The notes under the pieces: generated by a model
The model's input: the letters and a program-made list of their open reading frames with translations, nothing else
Told to the model about the DNA's origin: nothing
Databases searched by the model: none
Translations under genes and position numbers: made by a program
Source of the DNA: Monocercomonoides exilis PA203
Taxonomy: Eukaryota > Protista > Preaxostyla
DNA: 64,000 nucleotides
Assembly (NCBI GenBank): GCA_001643675.2
Contig: LSRY02000005.1
Location: 682,001 to 746,000, forward strand
Direction: 5' to 3'
Shown: positions 11,952 through 22,962 of the stretch, in pieces
Layout: each line of letters starts with the position of its first letter
How positions within the stretch are numbered: position 1 is the first letter of the stretch

Positions 11952-14900
11952 ATGGAAAACAAGGAAAAGGAAAGGGCAAATAATAAAATCGAAATATTGT
12001 GCCCAGATATTGTTGAAGATAAAGAAAGCAAAGTTAAGTACAAGCGAGGAACAGCCCTAGGAAAAGGAGGGTTTGCAATCAACATTATCTTACTATTTTT
12101 AGCTGTTTCAAAACAAAAAAAATTTTTTAAGATTTGCAAAAGTGTTTGAATTTACGGATCTTTCAACTTTAGAAATTTTCGCAGGAAAAGTTGTTCCAAA
12201 GTCAATTTTAACAAAAGAAAAAACACGTGAAAAACTTGCATCAGAAATACAAATTCACAGTTCAATTACTCATCGTCATATCGTCCAATTCCATCACTAT
12301 TTTGAAGATGAAGAAAATGTTTATCTTGTTTTGGAACTCTGCACTGGAAGTGTATGTGCTATATTTTATGACATATAACAAAAGATGCTTTACAATTCTT
12401 ATTTGCATTTGTATCTCAGACACTCCTTGACTTGGTGAAAAAAAACGGAAGACTAATGGAAAGCGAAGCACGATATTTTCTTCTTCAGCTTCTCCCTGCC
12501 TTAGAGTACCTTCACGAAAAGAATATAATTCATAGAGATTTAAAGCTGGGTAATGTTTTTCTAGCGAAAGATAACAAAGTGAAGCTGGGTGATTTTGGGC
12601 TTGCAGTACAACTAAAGAATAGAGAAGAGAGAAGAAAAACAATTTGTGGAACACCAAACTACATAGCCCCAGAGGTCTTGTTCTGCAAAGAGATTGGGCA
12701 CTCATTCGAGGCAGATGTTTGGTCTGTTGGGGTGATAATATTTACTATGCTGTTTGGCCGAGCGCCTTTTGAGACACAGCACGTGAAGGAGACATATCAG
12801 CGTATTCGTAAAGCAGAGTACAGATTTTCCTCCACAATTATCATCAGCGAAGGCGCGCGCGATGTGATTTCTTCGATTCTGCAGACGGACTGGACGAAGC
12901 GCCCGACAATAAGCGAGCTTCTTGAGAACGACTGGGTCAACGGCCACCCTTCACCATTGACTCAGCAAATTCCTCATTTTGACAGCATGTTTGCCTCAAA
13001 GACAGCAGCGCCTGTGACTTCAGACAGAGAGAAAAACAGCTCTTTGAATGGCAATTCTGCAGAGGCAGACAAAAGAGAGCAGCAAAACACTCAGAGAATG
13101 TTGCTCAATAAGCCATCATTGCACAATCCGTCTTCTTTGTCGTCTGCTCCAGTATCATCTGGTTTCTCTTCAAATACAATTTCTGCTTCAGAGAATCAAA
13201 CGAATGAAGTACCTTCAACATCTGAACCAGCAATGCCATCATCTGCAGAATTAGACAAACAAAAACAAAATGTCAATCATTTTTCTTCATCTGCAGATTC
13301 ATCAACATATTCAATGACATCTTCTTCTTCCTCTTCTTCCTCTTCTTCTTCAGTGCCAATAAACACACAAACAGAACAACCACGCTCTTCAAATATGTCA
13401 CTTCAATCGTCTCTCAACAAAAGGCCAGTTTCTTCTCTTCCAATCAAAAGGACGATGACAAGATCTCGTTCTGCTCCTCGTATTAATGTGGCATCTTCAT
13501 CATCATCTTCATCTAACACTTCAGCTTCCTCCCCCTACCCCTCCTCTTCCCCCTCCCCCTCTTCTTCTTCCTCCAACGCCACACCTTCATCAACAACATC
13601 ATCATTTTCTTCTTCTTCTTCTTCTCGTTCTGTTTCCACCCACAACTCACCCTCTTCTTCCACTTCATCCGTCAAAAGCACCACAAAATCCAGACAAACA
13701 CCCCAAGTTGGCTCTTCCTCTCCTGTCTTTCGTTCTCATTCGTCTCAAACAAGGCATCTTCAGCGGTGCTCATCCACAGACGACATTTCTGTTGGCAGCA
13801 GAAGAGACACGAAAGACAAAGCAGCCAGTGGGATTTACTTGCAGCCTGCGAAACGAGTCAGACCTTCCAGTGCAACAACATCAACAACATCAACATCACC
13901 TTCATCATCATCTTCTTCTTCATCTTCAAGTGCTTCTTATGCAGCTGCCTCAGACACACAGAACTCCATCCGGCTGGACAGAAGCAAGCTGGGCGTGTCG
14001 AATGTCAGCGGCGTTGGGCTCAGTGTGATCAACAAGGGATTCATTGCATCGACACTGGAAGGATTTTCAAGTGGGAGAGGAGGCTCTGAGAGTGGAAGTG
14101 AGAGAAAGATGGATGGAAGTGGAGGAGGGGAAGGAGAAGGAAGAGAAGGAAGAGAAGGAAGAAGTGGAAGTGGAGGAGTAGGAGAACTGACAGATAGGAG
14201 CAGAGAGTCAGGTTGTTGTGAAGAAGGGAAAGAAGGAGGGGTGCAGAGCAGCGGGAGAACAGGAAGAAAAGGAGAGAAGGAAGAAAGCAATGCAAAGCAG
14301 ATACAAATATTGAAGGCGCCTATTTTGATGAAGAAGACACAGCCGATGAATCTGCGCGTGTCACCAAAGCCAAAACAGTTTCGCACACCAAAAACAGCTT
14401 CTTCTTCTACTTCTTCCTCTTCTTCCTCCTTCTCCTCCTCTTCTTCTTCATTTTCCACACCACCATCGTCATCATCATCATCCAACAGGCAGTCACTTTC
14501 ACATCGTTCAGCGTCTCCTCGTCCCATTTGCTCTTCTTCTTCTTCTTCTTCTTCAATCAATTCTGACACACACTCGAAATTTATTCGTTCAAACTCTCCC
14601 TTCTCAAAAAGCTCATCTTCATCATCTGCCTCATCATCTGCAAGATTATCATTAACTTCAACATCATCTTCATCTTCATTATCATCACCATCCGCCACAT
14701 CATCACTTTCCACTCTTTCCACCCCCATCTCATCTTCTTCAACCAAATCTTCTTCTTCTTCTTCTTCAACAAGACCAACATCTGCCCCACAAAAGCGGTT
14801 CGGCCGGACATTTTCATCTTCTTTGATTGATACTGCAAAGAAGGAAGTGACAAAACGAAGCACAAAAAATGGCTCTCTTGTTGCTTCTTCAAAGAAATTG

Positions 14901-17696
14901 GCGCTTTCATCCTCACTCACTTCGTTTCCACCTGGTTCAACTTTGTCTTTAACATCTCCTTCTTCATCGCCTTCTTCACATTCATCATCATCATCATCAT
15001 CTTCTTCTTCTTCTTCTTCTTCTTCTGTTCCTGTCACTTGCTCAACCCCACCCTCAATGGAAACACCTCAAAAGCTGTTTCCTTCACCCGAAGAGCATTC
15101 ACATTCAAACAATGCTAATCTCACTTCTGATGAGTCTTCTTCTTCTTCTTCTTCTTCTTCTTCTTCTTTATCCACCCCACCACAACCACACACACCAACA
15201 TCCATTGCAAACAAACAATTCACTTCTTCATTTGGTTCAACTTCTTCTACTTCTTCTACAACTTCTTCTTCTTCCATTTCAACACCTCCTCCACATTCGA
15301 TGACATCATCATCATCTTCTTCTTCTTCCTCTCCTTCTTCCTCATCCTCTTCCTCCTCTCCCACAATGTCTCTAACCACAATGATGCTCTCCCCCTCAGC
15401 CACATTCTCTTCCCTCTCAATCCTTTCTTCTCCATTCACTTCTTCCGCCATGCCTCTTCCTGCTGCCAAAGTCACCTTTCAGCTGCCTCCTTCCCACCTC
15501 CTCTCAGTCGTCTCTGCTCAACAACAACAGCAGCCAAAGCAATCAAATACATCAAATGCATCCAACCCACCAAAACTAACAAATCTAACAAATCTAACAA
15601 ATCTTTCAAAACAATCAAAACTCACAAAGCAATCAAAATCAGCTCAAAAGCCCTCTTCCTCTGCAGCTCCTTTGCGCAGTGTGAATGCTCCTCTGCCTCT
15701 TGTCACTTCTTTGGAAGAGCCACGTTCAGTGCTCTTTCTGGTGACACAAATACAACAAGCCCTGAGTCATCCAGAGCAGATGGCGAGTGCACGAGGAGAA
15801 TGTGTTTCTTCTCCCTTCGCTTTCTCGAAGCATTACTCGACAGTCTCTTTGAAGAGATTCATGGCTCGTGCATTGACACGAAGGAGAGGGAGAGAAGAGG
15901 AAAAGAAAGAGGAAGAGACAAGGAGAAATGAAAGAGCAAGTGCTTCTTCTTCTTCTTCTTCTTCTTCCACACCCTCTGCCTCTGCCTCTGCCTCTGCCTC
16001 TGCCTCTTCCTCATCCTCATCCTCCCATCCTGCCCTTCCCTCCACAACACCTCCTCCTCTTCTCGACTTCTCACCTGCAAACAAACAGCTTCCCCCTCCT
16101 TTGCGTGTCGTGGCGTGGGTCGACTACACAAATCGCTATGGCTTCGGCATTCAGCTGTCAAACAGGCACACGTGTGTGTTCTTCAACGACTCCACGTCGA
16201 TTCTGTCAGGCTTCCAGAGAAGCAGAGAGAGAAGCAGGGATGTTGTGAGGGTTGTGCTGAAGAGAGAGGAAGAGAAGGAGGAAAGGAAAGAGAAAGAGAA
16301 AGAGAAAGAGAAAGAAGTAACAGAAGTTGCATGCTCAAAAGACAAACACACTGCCACATCTTCATCCAAAGAGAATATTCCCCCTTGTTTCTATTCAGAG
16401 CTCCAGTTTTGGCCAAAGCGCGAAACAAAGAACAAAGAAGAAGAAGAAGAAAAAGAGAAAGAGAAAGAGAAAGAGAAAGAAGAAGAAGAAGAAGAAGACA
16501 CAACATCGGATATTCAATCTATTTATGTGCCAGCATTCAAAGGAGTCAGCTGCTTCTTCTCGTTCAACCCGCCAAAAGCAGCAGGGAAGAAGTTGGGTGT
16601 GTTGAGACACATCAAAAAGTACTTCAGAGACACGGTGGGATGTTATGTGCCAGAGGAAGACAATTACTTGGAGGTGTGCTGGGAAGAGGAGGGGAAGGAA
16701 GAGAGAGAAGGGAGAGGAGAGAAAGAGGAGAGAAAGGAAAGAGAAGTGAAAAAAGAGAAGGAGAAGAAGAGAGAGAAGAGAGAAGGGGATAATGAAAAGG
16801 ATGAAGAGGAAGAAGAAGAAGAAGAAGAGGACGAAGATGATGATGAGTTTGAAGATCCAGAGCTGCAGATAGCAAGATATGGAGATGTGATTGACGAAGA
16901 AAGGAAGAAAGAATATCGAATGAAGATGGATGAGCTGAATGAAGATGACTTGAATGTTATCACTTCTGTTAGAGATGACTCAAAGAAATCATCTTCATCT
17001 GCTTCTGCTTCTGCTTCTTCCTCTTCTACCTCTTCCTCTTCTTCCTCCTCTCCTTCCTCTCCTTCCTCTTCCCCCGTCGAATTCGCTCCAAGCAACCCTC
17101 ATCTGATTGAGCTGACACCTCCTCGCCGCTTCTTCCCAGCCACTCAGCTGATGAAGTGTGTGCGGACGAAGCAGGCCATCCTCTTTGTCCTTTCAAATGG
17201 AACTGTCCAAGCAAACTTCCTCGACCACTCCAAAATCGTCATCTCCCCTGCTGTCCCTCATCCCTTTGTGTATTCGTGCATTTCTTCTAATAATAATAAT
17301 AATAATACTTCAAATACTTCTTCTTCTCCTTCTTCTCCTTCTTCTTCTTCTTCTTCTTCTCCTTCTCCTTCACTTGATGACTTGTCCTGTTTCTATCACT
17401 CATTCACTCCATTCCCTTCTGATCCATTCTCAAGAAGACATCCACCCAATCCTCACACTTCGTCCAAATTTGTGCCTTCCTTAGGATTTTCTCCGTCTGC
17501 ACGTTTCGATCTTATTCCCCCGCCTGACCCTCCCCTTCCCCCAATTTGTACTTACATTGAAAAGGACTGCAGAGAATCAACATTGTTTTTGGATGAAGCA
17601 ATTTCTACTTTTGGACAAGGGTTTTGCAAAAGATTGAGTAATCTTGCAGCATGTCTTCGAAATGTACTGGATCCTTTGCGTATTCAACACACATAG
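11952..17696 (+). CDS. PLK: Polo-like kinase, ~1871 aa. Exons 11952-12070, 12132-12351, 12420-17696
   Basis: Kinase motifs LGKGGFAKV, AGKVV, HRDLKLGN, DFG, KTICGTPNYIAPE. Polo box 1 (VVAWVDYTNRYGFGIQLSN) and polo box 2 (LSNGTVQANFLDHSKIVI). Introns 12071-12131 and 12352-12419 restore the frame. Confidence 0.95.
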
Positions 17697-17827
17697 CAAT
17701 TGGATTTTTTTTACAAAATTTTCATTTCACATTTATGTTTCTTTCTTTAAACTCGAAATTAATGATCTTAAATGAAAAAATATGGGAAATTTTTGTGTTT
17801 TCATGCTCTTAAATAAGTAGGATCGAA

Positions 17828-18695
17828 ATGGGTTTGTTAAAAACGTATTTTTGACATTTGGATACAATTCTGTATGTTATATTAAATAATATTACTATAG
17901 GAATTACTCGAGACTCAATTCACAAACGCCGTGCAACAAGTGGCAAGCAAAAGGAGTGGAGGAAAAAGAGAAAGTATGAAATTGGCCGTCCAGCAGCCAT
18001 GACCCATCTTGGTGGTGTTCGTGTCCATCCAGTACGTTGCCGTGGAGGAATCATCAAGCACAGAGCTCTTCGCCTTGAAACTGGAAACTTTTCATGGGGT
18101 TCTGAAGGTAAATAATTCTTTATATTTGCTTTTGTAAATAAAGTATTTCTTTTTAAAATTAAATTTAGTCACAACACGCAAGTGCAGAATTTTGAATGTT
18201 GTTTACAATGCATCGAACAATGTTTGTGAATTTTTTTTTAAAATTATGAAATATGTGCTCTATTTTGGTGAAATTATTGTTTAAATTTTCATGATTAACT
18301 GACAGGAACTTGTGAGAATGAAAGTTCTCGTCAAAGGATGCATTGTTGAAATCGATGCTTCTCCGTTTGCTGCATGGTATGAGAAACATTATGGCGTCTC
18401 AATTGGCAAAAAGAAGATTTCCAAAGCTCAGAAGGACAAAAAAGGAGGAAAAGAGAAAGCAGCCGAAAAGGAAACTGTTAAGAAGATGTCAGACCATCTT
18501 CATCGCAAAATGCAATTGCGTAACAAACACAGATCACTCTCAGAAGCTCTTGCTGCACAATTTCAGTCTGGAAGACTTCTTGCGCGCATTTCATCACGCC
18601 CAGGCCAATGTGGAAGAGCTGATGGATATATCTTAGAAGGTCCTGAACTCGAATTCTATTCCAAGAAAGTTGGAAAGAAGAAGGGAAATAAGTAA
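17828..18695 (+). CDS. RPS8: 40S ribosomal protein S8 (eS8), 217 aa. Exons 17828-17831, 17901-18107, 18169-18221, 18306-18695
   Basis: [75 protein letters not shown]; three GT-AG introns. Confidence 0.97.
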
Positions 18696-19024
18696 ACTTC
18701 GGAAAAGGAGATTTCTCAATCTTTTTCATCTCAGTGATTTGTGATGTCTCTGGTGTTTCTCAACAAAAACAGGCAAAGTGCTGAGAATTGAACTTGAGCA
18801 TTAACACTATGTATTTATGTGGATTATTTAAATTAATAAGTGATGAAGTGTAAAAGTAAAAGCAAAATCAAAAATATTTATTTATTTCGTAAACAAATAA
18901 AAATAAACAAATTAATATTTTTTAATGATAACTATGTATTTTATGTAACTTTAACAATTTATTTTTTATCATATTAAAATATTACGTTTTATATTCTTAT
19001 TATGTCCAATGATCATCTCAAAAA

Positions 19025-20441
19025 ATGTTATTTGCTTTTATTGGTTTTCTCGTTTCAGTAGAAGCAAAAGTTTATTTTGCTGAGCAATTTGATTGTGTGT
19101 TTATTTCATTTTTAAATTTATTTTCTTTATTTGCCCTATGTTTTGAAATTATTGAACAATTATTAAAAATCGTTTTTTATTGCTTTTACTAAACTTGATA
19201 ATAATTTTTTCAAATAGACACATGGCCGCAAAGATGGAAATATAGTACAGCGCATCAAGAGGAAAACAAAGCTGGTAAATTCACATGGGAAAGACCTCCA
19301 AAATACTATCATCTCGAAGCTTCCAAAGGATTGAAGACATCGCAAGATGAAAGATATTATCATATCAGCGCAGATATTGGAGAAACTGTCACGAACTTTC
19401 GAAAGAATCTTTTCATTGGATTTACAGTGACACAAACTCAAGATATTAAATGTTCAGGATCATATCTAAAGTTTTTCAATGAGCCGTTTGATCAAGAAAA
19501 CTTTAACGGTGATACTCCATTTGAATTGATGTTTGGGCCCGATACTTGCGGCTCAATCAACGATCAAGTTCATGCGATTTTCAGACATGAAGGAAGAGAA
19601 CAAAAATCAAGAGCACGTATCAGATCCAAAGATGACAAAGAGACCCATTTGTATGCAATCAAATTGTACGCAAACGGATCATATGTTTTGCAAACGGATA
19701 TCAAAAAAGAGAATTGGGGTGAATTTCAGGATCAGTGGGGCAATTGGTACACACCTCGATTTGTATGTTCAATTTTTTTTTAAAAAAGAAAAATTAAAAT
19801 TCCATTATTTATGATAAACATTCTAGGTTGAGGATCCTGATGCAGAGAAGCCAGAAGAATGGGATGACCGAGAAGAAATACCAGATCCAAAAGATATTAA
19901 GCCAGCTGATTGGGATCAGCCGAAGTATATTCCAGATCCAAATGCCACAAAGATGAAGGATTGGAATGATACCATAGATGGAGAATGGCGTCGGCCTATT
20001 ATCCGTAATCCATTGTACCATGGAGAGTGGATTCAGAAGACCATTCCCAATCCGATGTGGATGGGGCCTTGGCAAAGACCACGTGTGCCAAACATGCAAC
20101 TCACTGAAGAAAAAGAAAGAAGGCAGAGCATTTGGTTCAGATATGTCGCAATTGATATATGGCAGGTTCAATCAGGGACCATCTTTGATAATATATTTAT
20201 TGGAGATGATGAAGCAGAGTTTGATGCATTTTTCAATGCAACTTTCAAGAAACAGAGAGAAGTAGAAGAGCCTGGATGGGAAGCAGAAGAACTAAGAAGG
20301 CAGGCTGACAGGAAAGTGAGAGATAAAAAGAAGAGAGACGAGAAATTGCAGAAGCGTTATGATCTTAAGCTTGATGATGAAGAAGATATTGAAGTGCCAA
20401 AAGGCGATGAAGACGATGAATTTTATTTGAATGAATTCTGA
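19025..20441 (+). CDS. CALR: Calreticulin-family ER lectin chaperone, 409 aa. Exons 19025-19094, 19218-19762, 19827-20441
   Basis: Signal peptide then KVYFAEQFD; GLKTSQDERYY; DIKCSGSYLK; LMFGPDTCG; P-domain repeats DPDAEKPEEWDD, DPKDIKPADWD, GEWRRPIIRNPLYHGEW; IDIWQVQSGTIFDNI; acidic tail and no TM helix. Confidence 0.9.
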
Positions 20442-21060
20442 GAGCATATTTTCATTGGAAAAGAAATGTATTACATAAACTTATCTTTTGAGGTGATGAT
20501 GAAGTGCTGTGAAATTATGTTTATCAAAAGTCATTTTGTAATTATTTGCAGTTCAGTGTTCTTTTGTTCAATTTATAAAAGTGTTTTCTTTTGATTTATC
20601 CATTTCTATTTTTTGATATGCGTGTTTTAAAATTAATATCTATTGCTTAAAATGCTTCCACATTCTTTTTTGTAATTATATCTTTTCAAAATTATAACTT
20701 TTCGCGTTTTCTTTTTGAAAATGAAAGATAAAAGAATGATTTTTCTGTTTCAATCTTGAATTGTTCATCAACACAAAAAATCAATTATAATTCATTGTTT
20801 TGTTTTTCCAAAAAATTTTTTGTTTCTTTACGTTTATTTTTTCCCAAATTCAGTTAATGAACAAAATTCTATCAGGAACAAAATTTTCATTAGGATAATT
20901 CTTTCTGAAACATCACAAATGTTGAATTTTCATGTTCATTGAAAATTTGCATGTTTTTATGAATTCTTGTTATCGAACAGTCAAATTTGACATGAATACA
21001 AGTCATTGCACATTGGAGTTTTTTTTTATTTTCCCGATCACATATAAGTTTGTTATTTAA

Positions 21061-21323
21061 CACATGGGTGATTTTTTTTGAAATCAAATCTTTTTTCGGG
21101 GTGTATATTTCTCAAACGTTATTTATCATAGGAAAGAGATTTTGAATTCAAATGCTAAAATTATCACAATTGTATTAACACAAATGTTTCAACTGAATTA
21201 AAGATGAAAATGTGAATGATTAGCCTTTTCATTTTTCAATGTTCTTCAGTTTATATTTATGGAAATTTTTGTACCGAAAATTATGAAAAAAAAAATATGA
21301 TGTCATTAATAATCACCCAATTG
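21061..21323 (-). mobile_element. Putative MITE family D, copy 2 (263 bp)
   Basis: Reverse complement aligns with copies 1 and 3. Ends CACATGGGTGATT ... AATCACCCAATTG are imperfect inverted repeats. Confidence 0.7.
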
Positions 21324-21859
21324 AAAAATGAATATTTTCATTTTCATCTGAAAATCAAACAGAATAAACTTTTCGAAAATTTTATGGAATAAAAAATTCA
21401 TCTTTCCCATTTCCTACAAAATTAGCTGAAAGTTTTGTGTCAAAGAAAACGTGAAAAAGGTACAACAAGGACGATCCTTTATGAACTTATTCTTTCGTTC
21501 AAGTTGTGATCAGAAATTTTCTTAGAAAAAAAATTGAACAAACAATGGGGACACAATTCTTTCATTTATGAATAATTCAATAATTTGTTCCAAATTTATT
21601 CTGCAATTGAATAATTTTTATTCTAACATTCTCATGCAAATATAATAAAGAAATATTCAAAATTCGAGGAAAATCTTTGAAAGTTCCATGTGGAACAAAA
21701 TTAAAAAAACAAAAAATTTTGTCCCAATTCCTAAATAATTTCATTATCATTATTTGATTTATCAAATCGTTGAAGCTGTTATGTTCAATATTACAACGAT
21801 AGTAATTTTTATTTACAAAATTCTGAAAAAGAGTGATTTCAAAAAAGATTAGTTTTTTC

Positions 21860-21860
<1 letters not shown>

Positions 21861-21909
<49 letters not shown>
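21861..21909. repeat. Poly-T homopolymer (49 nt)
   Basis: Direct read. Confidence 0.95.
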
Positions 21910-21911
<2 letters not shown>

Positions 21912-22002
21912 ACTTGCTTGATAACAAAAAAATATAACAAATAACATTTTTTCAACATTCAATTTCGAATATTCTTAAATTTTTGGAAAAAAAAGATATT
22001 TA

Positions 22003-22814
22003 CAGATACAGTCAAAACCGGATATAATCACGTCGAATACAATCACATTCGTTTATAGTCACATTTTTCCATGCACCGACATTTTTGGCCTATTTTTCAT
22101 TCATTTTCCATCGAATATAATCACAGGGATGAAAATATATAATCACATTTTAAATTATAATGGGCAATTTTTTCAATGAAAAATCGGTTTTTTGATCAAA
22201 AATTTCAAAAAATCGATTTTTCAAAATAATGTTAAAATAAGTCTGAATAACATAATGAAACACAAGAAATTGTTATTTCTATTGAAAAATGTGTATTTGT
22301 GAAGAATTTCAAAAATAAAAAAATCGACCCAAAAATAATTTATTAATTAATTAATTTTTATTTTTTTCTGTGTTAAGCAACATCGTGTATTATCACAATC
22401 GGATATAGTCACAAAAAGTTGTGCAAAAACCGATGTGATTATATCCGGTTTAGACTGTATCGCACAAAATACCGGACAAGATCGATATCTCAATTACAGC
22501 AAGAAGAAAAATTCTGATAATTTTCCCCAAAAAACATCTCATCAATACAAATTTATTCAAAATATAAAACTTTCAAAATAGCCTCATTTGTACTTAGAGA
22601 AAATTATTGTTTGATTTTTAGAGAAATAGGATTTTGAGTTTCTCCGAGATTTAAAAAAATAATTTTTTCTGAGCGCATATGAGGACATTTTGAAAGATTC
22701 GAATATCAAATGAGTTTGCATTGATGAGATATGTTTTGAGGAAAATTATCGGAATTATTTCTTTTGCGGTTATCGTGAAATCGATCTTGTCCTTAATTTT
22801 TTGTGCGATATCTG
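22003..22814. mobile_element. Foldback MITE family A, copy 2 (divergent subfamily), left TIR interrupted by a family-B element
   Basis: Right end ...TTGTGCGATATCTG|TA mirrors the reconstructed left end TA|CAGATA-TCGCACAA. Body aligns with 8305-8662, including the identical central gagaaataggattttgagt. Confidence 0.88.
22009..22457 (+). mobile_element. MITE family B, copy 1 (449 bp), pogo/Tigger-like ends
   Basis: TIR CAGTCAAAACCGGATATAATCAC / GTGATTATATCCGGTTTAGACTG; TA duplication at 22007-22008 and 22458-22459; a second copy of equal length lies at 59727-60175. Confidence 0.92.
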
Positions 22815-22962
22815 TATAACAGAAATGAATTTAAAGAAAAACAATTATAGATGAAACTAAATATAAACTTAAAGAACGATAACCACATTATTAATCATTT
22901 GGATAATATTAATGAATGATGTTATTAAGTTTTTTGATAATCCTTAACCATAATATAATATC

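Noticed and set aside
13937-17214. Long antisense or alternate-frame ORFs over PLK (e.g. 13937-15037 minus), and similar ones over both receptors, GCN1, CDC5L and 5159-6319
   Set aside because: Shadow ORFs produced by (TCT/GAA)n repeats and stop-poor codon usage; they carry no independent motifs.
4420-20441. Stop-codon reassignment (TAR=Gln, known in some oxymonads and diplomonads)
   Set aside because: RACK1, AP-3 sigma and RPS8 end at TAA and PLK at TAG, where expected, and multi-kb ORFs lack in-frame TAR.
21861-21909. Long T/A runs as retroposon poly(A) tails
   Set aside because: No shared adjacent body sequence or TSD was found. Run lengths may also be unreliable in the assembly.
21577-21927. 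Poly-Lys ORFs (also 58462-58755)
   Set aside because: Translations of T homopolymers and (CTTTT)n, not genes.
22009-22160. CRISPR-like array from repeated ATATAATCAC
   Set aside because: Units are only ~10 nt, irregularly spaced, and inside a TIR element.
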